From an uncultured delta proteobacterium (GTDB lineage: Bacteria; Desulfobacterota; Binatia; UBA9968): a stretch of 64,000 bases of DNA. How positions within the stretch are numbered: position 1 is the stretch's first letter; every line of letters begins with the position of its first letter. The stretch lies in NCBI GenBank assembly GCA_963760795.1, contig CAVXEP010000021.1:1-64000 (forward strand). Reading direction: 5' to 3'. A program made the translations under genes and the position numbers. The notes beneath the pieces were generated by a model. The model did not search any database. It had not been told where the DNA came from and saw nothing but the letters and a program-made list of their open reading frames with translations. Below are positions 9,809 to 20,114 of this stretch, piece by piece.

Positions 9809-11497
9809 CTAATTCTTCCACGCCGTCGGCCGCAGCACTTTCCCCGGCAGCGCGCCGGTGGGTGCGCCGTGCTCAATCACCACCGTGCCGTTCACCACGG
9901 TAAACGGCACACCGGTGGCTTTTTGAATCATCCGCGTTTCGTTGCCAGGCAAGTCTTGGACGTACTCCGGCTCCTGCGTGTTGATCGTCGCCGGATCGAA
10001 AACCGCGATGTCGGCGACCATGCCGGGCCGCAGCAAGCCGCGGTCGTTGAGACCGAAGATCGAGGCGACGCGGAAAGTCAGTTTCGAGACCGCCTCTTCC
10101 AAGCTCATAATGCCGTAATCGCGCACCCAGCGGCCGAGGAAAGCGGTGCAGTAACCGAAGCGCGCGTCGTATCCCATATGAGCGCCGGCATCCGACTGGC
10201 CGACCACCACCGATGGATGTTTAAGAATTTCGCACACCGCCTTGGGATCGCCCTGGGTGGTGATATGGGAGAAGCGGGTTTCGAGATTCTCTTCGAGCGA
10301 CAAGTCCAAGAAACAATCCAAGCCGTCCTTGCCTTGAAGCTTGGCAACCGCTTCCACCGATTGTCGTTCAAAGGATTTGTTCTTCGCCAGCTTCACCTGG
10401 TCGACGTTGACCACATCCCAGCGCCGCGGGAACACCGACGCCGACTTGTCTTCAATCGCCTCGGCGCGCAGCTTTTTACGGCAATCGGCATCGCCGAACA
10501 TCTGCTTGCGCACTTCCACCGAGCTAAACATCGCGGTTTTCCAGGTGGAAAATTCATCGAAGCACTGAGCGTCGAGCAAACTGTAGCGCATCTCGAACGG
10601 CTTGGCCTGGGTCATGGCGTAAATCGGCAACCCTTCTTCCTGAAAAACTTTCGCCGTCGCTTCGAGCATGCCGCGCCAATGATCGGGCCGCGTCCAACTA
10701 TGAGAAATGCTTTGCCAAAGCACCGGTCGGCCGGTGCGCCGCGCCAACCCGGCGGCATACTCGATGCGCCCGCGCGCGTCGGTGCCGCCGCCGCTCAACT
10801 GCACCACGCCGGCATTCATCTCGCCCAGCACGTCAAGTAAAGCTCCCAGCTCTTCATCGCTAGCAAGCCGGCTCGCCACCGGCTTTAAATCTTCGCGGAT
10901 ATGACGCGGATTCTGATTGGTGGAAAAGCCGACGGCGCCGGCTTCCATGCCTTGGCGCACCAGCTGTTTCATTTTGATGATTTCTTCCGGCGTCGCCGCG
11001 CGCTCGACGGCGTCTTCGCCCATAACGTAGTGGCGCACGGCGATATGGCCGACCAAGGCGCCGACGTTGATCCCCAACCGCGTGCCCAGGGCCCGCAAAT
11101 ATTCCGCCGTCGAAGTCCATTGCCATTCAAAGCCTTGTTCGAGCACGCGCCGGCTAATCGCTTCGACGCGGACAAAACTCTTCACTACGGAATCGCGGTT
11201 CTCCGGTTTCGCCGGCGCCAAGCTCAGGCCGCAATTGCCGACGACGACGGAAGTCACGCCATGGAAACAAGACGAAGTGCCCATCGGGTCCCAGAACAGC
11301 TGTGCGTCCATATGCGTATGTGGATCGATGAAACCCGGCGCCACCGCTAGTCCATCAACGTTCAGCGTGCGCTTGGCGCTACCGTTGATACGTCCGGTCT
11401 CGATGATCTTGCCGTCGGCGATGGCAACATCGCCATGGTGACTCGGCAGCCCCGAGCCGTCGTAAATCCGCCCGCCCTTGATCAAAAGATCGTACAT
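9809..11497 (-). CDS. N-acyl-D-amino-acid deacylase (D-aminoacylase)-like amidohydrolase
   Basis: MYDLLIKGGRIYDGSG, APGFIDPHTHMD, GNCG, SDAGAH and DRGLLRPGMVADIAVFDP. Confidence 0.9.
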   Translation of the reverse strand: MYDLLIKGGRIYDGSGLPSHHGDVAIADGKIIETGRINGSAKRTLNVDGLAVAPGFIDPHTHMDAQLFWDPMGTSSCFHGVTSVVVGNCGLSLAPAKPENRDSVVKSFVRVEAISRRVLEQGFEWQWTSTAEYLRALGTRLGINVGALVGHIAVRHYVMGEDAVERAATPEEIIKMKQLVRQGMEAGAVGFSTNQNPRHIREDLKPVASRLASDEELGALLDVLGEMNAGVVQLSGGGTDARGRIEYAAGLARRTGRPVLWQSISHSWTRPDHWRGMLEATAKVFQEEGLPIYAMTQAKPFEMRYSLLDAQCFDEFSTWKTAMFSSVEVRKQMFGDADCRKKLRAEAIEDKSASVFPRRWDVVNVDQVKLAKNKSFERQSVEAVAKLQGKDGLDCFLDLSLEENLETRFSHITTQGDPKAVCEILKHPSVVVGQSDAGAHMGYDARFGYCTAFLGRWVRDYGIMSLEEAVSKLTFRVASIFGLNDRGLLRPGMVADIAVFDPATINTQEPEYVQDLPGNETRMIQKATGVPFTVVNGTVVIEHGAPTGALPGKVLRPTAWKN

Positions 11498-11770
11498 GGT
11501 TTTCCCTTTTTGTGTTTTTGGCGAGATATGTTGAGTTTCCGAAACACCTCGCGCGTGAACCAAGCCTTCGACCGAACTTAGTCGAAATCGTAACAAGCGG
11601 TCAAGGCTGGTTCAGTACGCAGGCTTCCGATGCAGACTTCTCTTCGCAGAAGATCTTTATCGGCGCGGCACAAATCTTCCGGCTACAGCGGGGGCCGTTG
11701 AAGCGGTTCCGACACCGTCCATTCCGCGCGGTTACTTTTTAGTCTGCTTAAAGTCTGCTAATTAATATCG

Positions 11771-13777
11771 GTGGAATTTCGCCAGGATATCAACGGACTG
11801 CGCGCTTTAGCCGTCGCGGCTGTAGTGCTCTACCACTTCGGCATGCCGGGCTTCACGGGAGGATTCATCGGCGTCGACGTGTTCTTCGTCATCTCCGGTT
11901 TTTTGATGACGGGAATTATCTTGACAGCCATGGCCGAGAACAGGTTCTCCATCGCATCGTTCTACTGGTCACGGGCAAAGCGCATCGTTCCCGCCTTAAC
12001 TTTCCTGTGCGCTACCCTCCTCGCTCTTGGCTGGTTCTGGTTATCCCCGGTCGATTACGCTCAATTGGGCAAACACGCCGCAAGTGCCGTTATTTTTGTT
12101 TCTAACTTCGTCTTCAAAGCGGAGGATGGCTACTTTGATACTTCCTCGCAGGATAAATTTCTCCTGCACACCTGGTCCTTATCGGTCGAATGGCAGTTCT
12201 ATCTGATTTTCCCCATCCTGTTGGCCATGATCTGCCATCGGCGTCGTTCAGATGGAACCCTGGCGGTGCAACGTCTGGCAATAGTTCTCACTCTAATCGC
12301 GCTAGTTTCGTTCGGGTTCACCGTTGCCCTCACGCAATCGTGGGAAGCCTTTGCCTTCTACCTGCTACCGACTCGGATATGGGAACTTTTGGCCGGCGCG
12401 TTGGTTTTCCTTTGTTCCAAGCGATTTCTCCCTAATCGAACCAGTTCTATCGTCGCCCATGGCGTCGGCCTTTCACTGATCGGGCTGGCAATTTTTGCCT
12501 TTGACACCTCGACCGAATGGCCCGGCTATGCCGCACTGGCCCCGGTTATCGGAACTGGATTACTGATCTGGAGTCCACAAAAAAATGACCGCATCTTTAG
12601 CAACAAACTTTCGCAAAACCTCGGCGCATGGTCCTACTCGATTTATCTTTGGCACTGGCCAGTACATGTTGTGCTTCGCCACGCGCGTTTGCACGAATCA
12701 CTCGTCTGGCTTGGAGTCGGCATTCTGCTATCTGTCGCTCTAGGAGCTCTATCCTTTCTTTTTGTCGAAACCCCGCTGCGACGATCAAAACTAATTCTCA
12801 AAGCAAGTCCACGGCTTGTCGTCACTGTCACCGCGGGCTTTGTGCTCTGCGTCGCTCTGGCCGGTCATGTGGTATATCGACAAAAAGGTGTGCCCGGACG
12901 AGTGTCGGCCTCCATTCAAAACATCGAGAACGTCATCCACCAAGGCGGTAGGCGCACCCTTATCATCTGCGGTTCCGCTGGGAAACCAACCACGGATCCC
13001 ACCTGCAAGGACATACAGCCTCATTACGCGGTTTGGGGCGATAGCCACGCGGGGGTTATTTATACTGCCGTGCAGCAGGCTTCCGGCGCGGTTCGTGGTA
13101 TCCTTTACACAAATCGCTGCCCCCCCCTGATCGGAGGTTACATCGATTCCAAAAAATTGAAGGGCTCGTGCATTAAATTCACAGCCGAAACCCTGGACAA
13201 AATCGCTCGGCTCCCCCGAGAAATTCCGCTAGTCGTGGCATTTCGTTTCTCCTACTACATAAACGGTTATATCGAGCGCCAAAAAAAACTGATCAAACTC
13301 CGCTATGCGGACATCCCGGACTCTACCGTCGAGAAAAATCGTGAAGGCGTCTTCACCGATAGGTTGGTCGAAACTCTCTGCAGCGCGACGCAAGCGAAAC
13401 GATCTGTTTATGTAGTGCAGCCGGTCCCAGAAATTGGCGTCGCGGTGCCGCATACCTTATCCCGACAACTCATGATTTACGGCGAAGCCCAAGACATCAC
13501 CATTTCGCTAGCCGAGTACGAAAAACGTCATCGCACTGTGCTCAACGCCTTACAAAAAGCGCGTGACCATTGCGGGATAAAACTGCTCGACCCGCTACCC
13601 CACCTCTGTAAAGCGGGGCGCTGCGAGGGATCAATAAACCAGAGGCCCCTCTACTTCGACGATGATCACCTCAGCCAGGAAGGAGTTATGAGACTTGTTC
13701 CGATGTTCCAGGGAGTCTTCGGGAGGAGCAAGGTTAGCGAATCACAGCAACCAACTACCCTGCCTCAAATTAATTAG
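11771..13777 (+). CDS. Acyltransferase-3 plus SGNH domain O-acetyltransferase (OafA/YrhL type)
   Basis: DINGLRALAV, GGFIGVDVFFVISGFL, LLHTWSLSVEWQFY, SYSIYLWHWP; C-terminal GDSHA and DDDH. Confidence 0.92.
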   Translation: MEFRQDINGLRALAVAAVVLYHFGMPGFTGGFIGVDVFFVISGFLMTGIILTAMAENRFSIASFYWSRAKRIVPALTFLCATLLALGWFWLSPVDYAQLGKHAASAVIFVSNFVFKAEDGYFDTSSQDKFLLHTWSLSVEWQFYLIFPILLAMICHRRRSDGTLAVQRLAIVLTLIALVSFGFTVALTQSWEAFAFYLLPTRIWELLAGALVFLCSKRFLPNRTSSIVAHGVGLSLIGLAIFAFDTSTEWPGYAALAPVIGTGLLIWSPQKNDRIFSNKLSQNLGAWSYSIYLWHWPVHVVLRHARLHESLVWLGVGILLSVALGALSFLFVETPLRRSKLILKASPRLVVTVTAGFVLCVALAGHVVYRQKGVPGRVSASIQNIENVIHQGGRRTLIICGSAGKPTTDPTCKDIQPHYAVWGDSHAGVIYTAVQQASGAVRGILYTNRCPPLIGGYIDSKKLKGSCIKFTAETLDKIARLPREIPLVVAFRFSYYINGYIERQKKLIKLRYADIPDSTVEKNREGVFTDRLVETLCSATQAKRSVYVVQPVPEIGVAVPHTLSRQLMIYGEAQDITISLAEYEKRHRTVLNALQKARDHCGIKLLDPLPHLCKAGRCEGSINQRPLYFDDDHLSQEGVMRLVPMFQGVFGRSKVSESQQPTTLPQIN

Positions 13778-14154
13778 ATTTATTAATAACAGCGCTTCTA
13801 TGGTCTCACCGTCGGATTCACCAACACCCGGCGATTGTGAGTAAGGACGGCCCGCCAAGACCGTCGATGTGAATATCAACTTCACTTTACCTTACTCCAT
13901 GTCGGAGGCCTCTTTGAATTCTATTTTGGACAAGACTGCCCCTAACCCCTCTTTTCCAAAAGGGGTAACGGAATACTTGTCGCGTATTGAGTGGTTGACC
14001 AGAATTTATTGCCTATTCCACACCCACTCTGTCCAGCAGAAACTTATGGGTAATATCAACAAGTAGACAGAGGGTAATCGTTTGAGGTAAACAGAACGAT
14101 AAGCATCACGCAACTCTTTTCGCGCCTCTCGCTCTGATTACGGAGGAACCGATC

Positions 14155-14895
14155 ATGTTTGAAGAACATGTTCCCAAGCGAAAAATCGGCGTCCTCTCGC
14201 CGCTGCCGATCATCGATAACGCCGCCTATGAATTTTATCGGCTGGTGCCCGACGGCGTCATGATGGTGGCGATCTCGGTCGGGTTAGAGGAATTCAGCCG
14301 CGCCGATGTCGAACGCGTGTTTGAACCGATAGACCAGCTCGTCGCCATGCTCACCGAGCGCGGCGTCGACATTATTATCCAATCGGGCGTGCCGCTGCCG
14401 ATCCTGGCCGGTCAGGAATTCTTACAACGCCTGCTCGCGCGCATCGCCGCGAAAGGCAAAGTGCCGGCGACCTCCACGGTGCTCGACGTGGTGGCGGCGG
14501 CAAAACACCTCGGCATCACAAAAATCGCCGCGGCGAATAAATGGACCGAGCCCATGAATGCGACGCTCGGCGCATTCTTCGCCGCCGGCGGCGTCTCGAT
14601 GATCGGTGTCAACAGCCGCGCCATGATCCCCGCCGACTTCGTCAAGATCAACAGCCAGGATAATCTCGCCCTCGCCTACGAGCTCGGCCGCGGCGCGCTG
14701 GAACAGTTTCCCGACGCCGACGGCATCTACATCGGCGGCGGTGCTTGGCTGACGTTGCCGGTCATCACCAAGCTCGAAGCCGAATTCGGCAAGCCGGTGC
14801 TGACCAACCAGGTGTCGACCGCTTGGCATGTTTTGCATTTGTTGAATTGCTGGCAGGCCAAGCCGCAATACGGCCGCTTGATGGCGAGCACATAA
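14155..14895 (+). CDS. Maleate isomerase/arylmalonate decarboxylase (Asp/Glu racemase superfamily) homolog
   Basis: [25 protein letters not shown] and [12 protein letters not shown] follow the family pattern. Confidence 0.75.
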   Translation: MFEEHVPKRKIGVLSPLPIIDNAAYEFYRLVPDGVMMVAISVGLEEFSRADVERVFEPIDQLVAMLTERGVDIIIQSGVPLPILAGQEFLQRLLARIAAKGKVPATSTVLDVVAAAKHLGITKIAAANKWTEPMNATLGAFFAAGGVSMIGVNSRAMIPADFVKINSQDNLALAYELGRGALEQFPDADGIYIGGGAWLTLPVITKLEAEFGKPVLTNQVSTAWHVLHLLNCWQAKPQYGRLMAST

Positions 14896-14930
14896 TTTGC
14901 AGCGCAAGCGATGCAAAAGGAATACTAACC

Positions 14931-16292
14931 ATGGGCCCGACTGAAACTCTCGCGCAATTCGTCGTCGACACCCGGCTGCAAGACATGCCGACCAAGGCGG
15001 TGGAAATTTCCAAGCTGGTTATCCTCGACGTCCTGGGCGTCACCCTCGCCGCATCGCGGCAAGCGGTGGCGCGGATTCTGACTGAATACTTGCGCGAAGC
15101 GGCGGCGGCGCCGAGAGCGGGTGTCATCGGCAGTTCAATCCGCACCGAGCCGGCGCTCGCGGCCTGGGCCAATGGCGCGCTCGCGTTCGCCCTCGACTTC
15201 GACGATAACATCCACGGCAGCACCCACACCGTACCGGCGGCATTGGCCATCGGCGAAGGCAACGGCGCCAGCGGCGCGACGCTCTTGGAAGCCTACATCC
15301 TCGGGCGCGATATCTGTTTTCGCCTCGACGCCGCGCTCGACGCCGGCCGGCGCAAAAACCAGGGTGGCCCGACGTCGCGTGGCTGGTTCGCCGGGGGCAC
15401 CACCGGCAGCTTGGCCGCAGCTGCCGCCGCGGGAAAAGTTTTGCGCTTGAACGCCAAACAGATGGCGACCGCGTTCGGCATCGCCGTGGCCGGCGCCGGC
15501 GGCGTCAGGCGCAACTTCGGCACCATGGCCAAGGCGCTGCAAACCGGCAATGCCGCGCGCAACGGCGTCACCGCGGCGCTGCTGGCGCAAAAAGGCTTCA
15601 GCGCCGATCAGACCATTCTCGAAGCGCCGATGGGTTTTGCCAGCGCGCTCTGTCTCGACGGCGAGTGCGACTGGGACGCGCTGACCAAAGACGTGGGCAA
15701 ATTTTTTTACATGGAACAAATGCCGCCGATCAAGCGCTTTCCCACCTGCACCCCGGCGCACAAGCCGATTGAAGGGCTGTTGGCGTTGCGCCAACAACAT
15801 GGCTTCACGGTGGATGATGTCGAAAGCGTCGAGAGCGACTTTCATCAGCGCTCGCTGGCGCGCACCGATCCCCAGGAAGCGATCGCCGGCCCTAATAGCA
15901 TGCCGTTCATTCTCGCCATCGCGTTGCTTGACGGCAAGGTCACGCTTGATCAATTCACTGACGAAAACATTCACGATCCGCGCGTGCGTGGCGCCATGGC
16001 AAAAATTCGCCATCGCGCCAACCCACGGCAGGCGGGCCAAGCCGAACCGCCCGACCGCATCACGGTGACACTCAAGAACGGCGCGGTTCATAACATCGAA
16101 GTGGCCGAGCGCACGACGCTGCACTCCAAAGCGGAGATTCACGGGAAATTCTTCGACTGCGCAACCTTAGTGTTAAGTCGCGGCCGCGCCGAACAGCTGG
16201 CCGGATTGATTGACCGGCTTGAAAACGTCGACAACAGTCGCGCATTGATGAGTTGTATGAACGGTAACGATCTCAAGATTTCTAATGATTAG
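14931..16292 (+). CDS. MmgE/PrpD family protein
   Basis: ILDVLGVTLA, AAWANGALAFALDFDD, NFGTMAKALQTGNAARNGVTAALLA and KFFDCA. Confidence 0.88.
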   Translation: MGPTETLAQFVVDTRLQDMPTKAVEISKLVILDVLGVTLAASRQAVARILTEYLREAAAAPRAGVIGSSIRTEPALAAWANGALAFALDFDDNIHGSTHTVPAALAIGEGNGASGATLLEAYILGRDICFRLDAALDAGRRKNQGGPTSRGWFAGGTTGSLAAAAAAGKVLRLNAKQMATAFGIAVAGAGGVRRNFGTMAKALQTGNAARNGVTAALLAQKGFSADQTILEAPMGFASALCLDGECDWDALTKDVGKFFYMEQMPPIKRFPTCTPAHKPIEGLLALRQQHGFTVDDVESVESDFHQRSLARTDPQEAIAGPNSMPFILAIALLDGKVTLDQFTDENIHDPRVRGAMAKIRHRANPRQAGQAEPPDRITVTLKNGAVHNIEVAERTTLHSKAEIHGKFFDCATLVLSRGRAEQLAGLIDRLENVDNSRALMSCMNGNDLKISND

Positions 16293-16305
16293 CCGGAGCG
16301 ATACC

Positions 16306-17979
16306 ATGAAGATTGTAATGAACAGAAAATTGCCGGAAAAACGACGCTGCTCATTGCTCGCTGGTTTTTTGGCACCGCTGCTCGCCCTTCTGCTCGCCCT
16401 TGCTCACGGCGTCGCGTGGGCCGGTCCGGTCGAGGGTAACCCGCGCCGCGGCGGAACCTTGATCCTGGGCATGGCCGCCGATCCGTCGACGCTCAACTGC
16501 GGCATCGAGAGCAGTCAGATCGTCGCCATGGTGACGTCCAACATTTACAACGGCCTGCTGCACATGGATGAAGAGTCGAATCCTCATCCCGACCTGGCCC
16601 AGTCGTGGGACATTTCTCCGGACGGCTTGGTCTATACGTTTCAGCTGCGCGACAACGTCAAATGGCACGATGGCCAGCCGCTCACCTCGGCCGACGTAAA
16701 ATTCAGCTTCGAAAATCTCGTCGGCAAATACAACGCGCGCGGCCGCGAAGCGTACCGAAACATCAAAGCCATCGAGACCCCCAACGCGACCACGGTGAAG
16801 ATCAGTCTCAAAAAAGTTTATTCGCCGTTTCTTGAAATCCTCACCGCCCACGACGGCTGCATCATGCCCAAGCATATCTATGAAGGCGGCGACGTGTTTA
16901 AAAATCCACGCAACAATGACCAGCCCGTCGGCAGCGGGCCGTTTAAATTCAAGGAATGGAACAAAGGCAGCCACGTCACGCTGGTGCGCAACGAAAATTA
17001 TTTCAAAAAAGGCCGGCCGTTCTTGGACAGCGTGATTTATCGCATCATTCCCAACCCGGCGACCCGCGCCATCGCCTTTGAAACGGGTGAGATCAATGCG
17101 ATCTTCGCAAGCAATAATTTTCCCTATCAGCATGTCGACCGGCTCAAGAAACTAAAAAACGCCGTCATCAAAGACATCGGCTCACCGTCGCTGATCGGCG
17201 TGAATTTTAATTTAAAGGGCAATCCGATTTTGGCCAAGAAAGAAGTTCGCGTCGCCATCGCCCATGCGATCGACAAGAAATTCGTGGTCGAAAAAGGTTT
17301 GCGCGCGGTCGGCAAAGTCATCGACAGCGTGATCCCGCCGGGCATTCCCTGGGCCTACAATGCCAACGTGCCCAAGTATCCCTTCGATTTGAAAAAGGCC
17401 AACGCCCTGCTCGATGAAGCGGGCCAGCCGAGAGGCGCCGGCGGCACACGCTTCGCTCTCAAGCTCAGCTTCGAGGCGGGCAACGATAACTCCGAGAGGC
17501 CGGTGCAAATCTTGCGCGAGCAATTAAAAGCCGCCGGCATCGACATTAAACTCGAACGGCTCGAGCGCTCGGTGATGTTGGAGAAGATTTTTCAAAAATA
17601 CGATTTCGATCTGTGGTTCGGCCCGCTCACCACCCGCGGCCATCCCGCCCTCGGCACAGCGCGCCTGTATGCGACCTCGTCGATCACCGGCCAGCCGTTC
17701 ACCAACTTCACGCGCTACAGTAATCCCAAGGTCGACCAACTGTTCGAACAAGCGGTGGCGGCGACCAAGAAAGCCGACATGGTCAAAGCCTACTTTGAGG
17801 TTCAAGATGTTTTAATGCGCGATTTGCCGACCATCCCGGTGGCCGACCGGTTGCAACTGAATATCATCAAAGACCAGTTCCGCGGCGCCCTCACCAGCAC
17901 CGAGACCTACGAGCGCATGGACGAGATCTGGTGGGTCAAAGGCGCGGCGCTCAAAGACGGTGACTTCGAGCGCGATTAA
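16306..17979 (+). CDS. ABC peptide/nickel-type (family 5) substrate-binding protein
   Basis: PDLAQSWDISPDGLVYTFQLRDNVKWHDG and PVGSGPFKF. Confidence 0.92.
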   Translation: MKIVMNRKLPEKRRCSLLAGFLAPLLALLLALAHGVAWAGPVEGNPRRGGTLILGMAADPSTLNCGIESSQIVAMVTSNIYNGLLHMDEESNPHPDLAQSWDISPDGLVYTFQLRDNVKWHDGQPLTSADVKFSFENLVGKYNARGREAYRNIKAIETPNATTVKISLKKVYSPFLEILTAHDGCIMPKHIYEGGDVFKNPRNNDQPVGSGPFKFKEWNKGSHVTLVRNENYFKKGRPFLDSVIYRIIPNPATRAIAFETGEINAIFASNNFPYQHVDRLKKLKNAVIKDIGSPSLIGVNFNLKGNPILAKKEVRVAIAHAIDKKFVVEKGLRAVGKVIDSVIPPGIPWAYNANVPKYPFDLKKANALLDEAGQPRGAGGTRFALKLSFEAGNDNSERPVQILREQLKAAGIDIKLERLERSVMLEKIFQKYDFDLWFGPLTTRGHPALGTARLYATSSITGQPFTNFTRYSNPKVDQLFEQAVAATKKADMVKAYFEVQDVLMRDLPTIPVADRLQLNIIKDQFRGALTSTETYERMDEIWWVKGAALKDGDFERD

Positions 17980-18007
17980 TTGTTCAATTAACGGCGAGTT
18001 CGAGTCT

Positions 18008-18042
18008 TGCAATTTGAAATCTGCAATTTGAAATCTGCAATC
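18008..18042. repeat. Five tandem heptamers TG(C/A)AAT(T/C)
   Basis: tgcaatt tgaaatc tgcaatt tgaaatc tgcaatc. Confidence 0.85.
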
Positions 18043-18064
18043 GTGAGCGTTTAGGGAAGCGCCC

Positions 18065-19039
18065 ATGCCGATTCTCACTTTCGTCCTGCGCCGTTTGCTC
18101 CATGCCCTACCGCTGCTGGTTTGCGTCATCGTCTTTAATTTCTTCCTGATTCACCTGGCCCCCGGCGATCCGATTCAAGCGTTGGTCGGCGAATTTCCCG
18201 CGCCGGCGGCCTATCTGGCCGAGATGCGGAAACTGTTCGGTCTCGACCAGCCGCTTTATATTCAACTGCTGCTCTATATCAAAAATATCCTCTCCGGCGA
18301 TTTAGGTTTTTCCTTTTACTATCGCCAGCCGGTGCTGAGCGTCATCATGGACCGCGTGCCGGCGACGCTGCAATTGATGCTGCCGGCACTCGTCTTTTCC
18401 GCCGCCGTGGGAATTCTCTTGGGTATTCTATCCGCGCGTAAACCCTACTCGTTAGCCGATAATGCCATCAGCGCTTTTTCGCTCTTCGGCTATTGCGTGC
18501 CCGCGTTCTGGTTCGGCCAAATGCTCATGGCGGTCTTTGCGATCGAGCTCGGCTGGCTGCCGTCGCAAGGCCTCAAAACCGTCGGCGTCGATCTGAGCGG
18601 CACGGCGCTCGTGCTCGACCGCGCCGCTCACATCGCCCTGCCGTTCACCGCGTTGGCGATCCGCCATCTGGCCGTGAATGCGCGCATGATGCGCAGCAGC
18701 ATGCTGGAAGTGGCTTACGAAGATTTCGTAACTGTCGCGCGCGCCAAAGGTTTGCATGAAAAACACGTGATCGCGCGCCACATGGTGCCCAACGCCTTGA
18801 TGCCGGTGGTGACCATCATCGGTGTCGATGTCGGTTTTCTTTTTACCGGCTCTGTCCTTGTCGAAACCGTTTTCGGCTGGCCCGGCATCGGCCGGCTGAT
18901 GTACGAGTCCATCGTCAAGCGCGACTATCCGGTCTTGATGGGAAATTTTCTAATGACTACCGCGCTGGTGGTTCTGGTGAATCTGCTCGTCGACTTGATC
19001 TACCTCTGGCTCGATCCGCGGGTGAAATACCAGAAGTGA
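18065..19039 (+). CDS. ABC transporter permease, DppB/OppB type
   Basis: APGDP, GDLGFS, DFVTVARAKGL, VETVFGWPGIG and LDPRV. Confidence 0.93.
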   Translation: MPILTFVLRRLLHALPLLVCVIVFNFFLIHLAPGDPIQALVGEFPAPAAYLAEMRKLFGLDQPLYIQLLLYIKNILSGDLGFSFYYRQPVLSVIMDRVPATLQLMLPALVFSAAVGILLGILSARKPYSLADNAISAFSLFGYCVPAFWFGQMLMAVFAIELGWLPSQGLKTVGVDLSGTALVLDRAAHIALPFTALAIRHLAVNARMMRSSMLEVAYEDFVTVARAKGLHEKHVIARHMVPNALMPVVTIIGVDVGFLFTGSVLVETVFGWPGIGRLMYESIVKRDYPVLMGNFLMTTALVVLVNLLVDLIYLWLDPRVKYQK

Positions 19040-19084
19040 GATCAGCCCATATAATGTTACGAGGAAACCAAACGACAGTCTGTC

Positions 19085-19221
19085 GATCGAGGTGTGGCTC
19101 CGTATTCTCGCTGGCGCTCGAAATATCAAATCGCAGATTTCAGATTTCAAATCTGGGATTTGAGATTTGCTATCTGCAATCCAGAAGGCGTGCCTTCGTT
19201 CCGGAAGGGCACACCTCGATC
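19085..19221. repeat. TIR-bounded dispersed element, copy A (MITE/REP-like), with an internal heptamer array
   Basis: 12-bp perfect inverted ends GATCGAGGTGTG / CACACCTCGATC; shares TGCCTTCGTTCCGGAAGGG with 31818-31836. Confidence 0.7.
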
Positions 19222-19255
19222 TCTGCTTCACCTGATTGAGCCAGGCTAACCCACC

Positions 19256-20089
19256 ATGTCCTGGCGTCAACTCTGGCATCAGTTTCGCAGAAACCGCGCA
19301 GCGGAGTGGAGCCTTTATCTAATCATCGGTTTCGTTCTTGCCGCGACGCTGGCGTATCAGCTTTCACCCTACGATCCCTTCGCCCTCGGCGATGAGACGC
19401 TGATCGCGCCGCGCGGCGATCACTGGATGGGCACTGACGATCTCGGCCGCGACACCTTGAGCCGGGTGATCCATGGCAGCAGAGTGCCGCTGCTGGTTGG
19501 TTTTCTCGCCACCGCTGCGTCGATGGCGCTCGGCATCCTGATCGGGTCGCTGTCCGGCTATTTTGGCGGGCGTACCGATATCATCCTGATGCGCGTGACT
19601 GAGTACGTTTTGGTCGTGCCGCGATTTTTTCTCGCCCTGTTAGTCGTCGCCATGCTCGGCACCGGCATCGAAAAGATTATCCTCGTCATCGGCATCCTGG
19701 GCTGGCCGGAAGTCGCCCGCGTCGTGCGCGCGCAATTTCTCACCTTTCGCGAGCGCGAATTCGTTGTCGCCGCCCGCGCCATCGGCGCCAGCCATGCTAA
19801 AGTTATTTTTCGGGAAATTCTCCCCAATGCGATTCCGCCGGCGGTGGTGGTGGCGTCAATTTTAGTCGCGCGGGCGATTCTCTTGGAGGCGGGATTAAGT
19901 TTTCTCGGTTTAGGCGATCCCAACCTGATCAGCTGGGGCTCGCTGTTGAGCGAAGCTCAGGAACGGATCAGCGCATCGGTCTGGCTGGCGCTGTTTCCCG
20001 GCTTGGCGATTTCACTACTCGTGCTCTGCATCAATCTGTTCGGCGACGGCATTAACGACGTGCTCAATCCCAAGCTCAGAAAAAAATAG
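19256..20089 (+). CDS. ABC transporter permease, DppC/OppC type
   Basis: HWMGTDDLGRD, EFVVAARAIGAS and EAGLSFLGLG. Confidence 0.93.
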   Translation: MSWRQLWHQFRRNRAAEWSLYLIIGFVLAATLAYQLSPYDPFALGDETLIAPRGDHWMGTDDLGRDTLSRVIHGSRVPLLVGFLATAASMALGILIGSLSGYFGGRTDIILMRVTEYVLVVPRFFLALLVVAMLGTGIEKIILVIGILGWPEVARVVRAQFLTFREREFVVAARAIGASHAKVIFREILPNAIPPAVVVASILVARAILLEAGLSFLGLGDPNLISWGSLLSEAQERISASVWLALFPGLAISLLVLCINLFGDGINDVLNPKLRKK

Positions 20090-20114
20090 CCGGTATTTTT
20101 TTTCTACGTCCAGC

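Noticed and set aside
11758-13777. 9-bp inverted pair CTAATTAAT / ATTAATTAG bracketing the acyltransferase gene
   Set aside because: Short and AT-only, one arm includes the stop codon, and there is no transposase or target duplication; likely chance.
13869-14066. 65-aa ORF in the AT-rich spacer
   Set aside because: No RBS, no motif and atypical codon usage.
18008-19181. Repeat arrays as a CRISPR locus
   Set aside because: The units are 7 nt with no unique spacers, and there are no cas genes.
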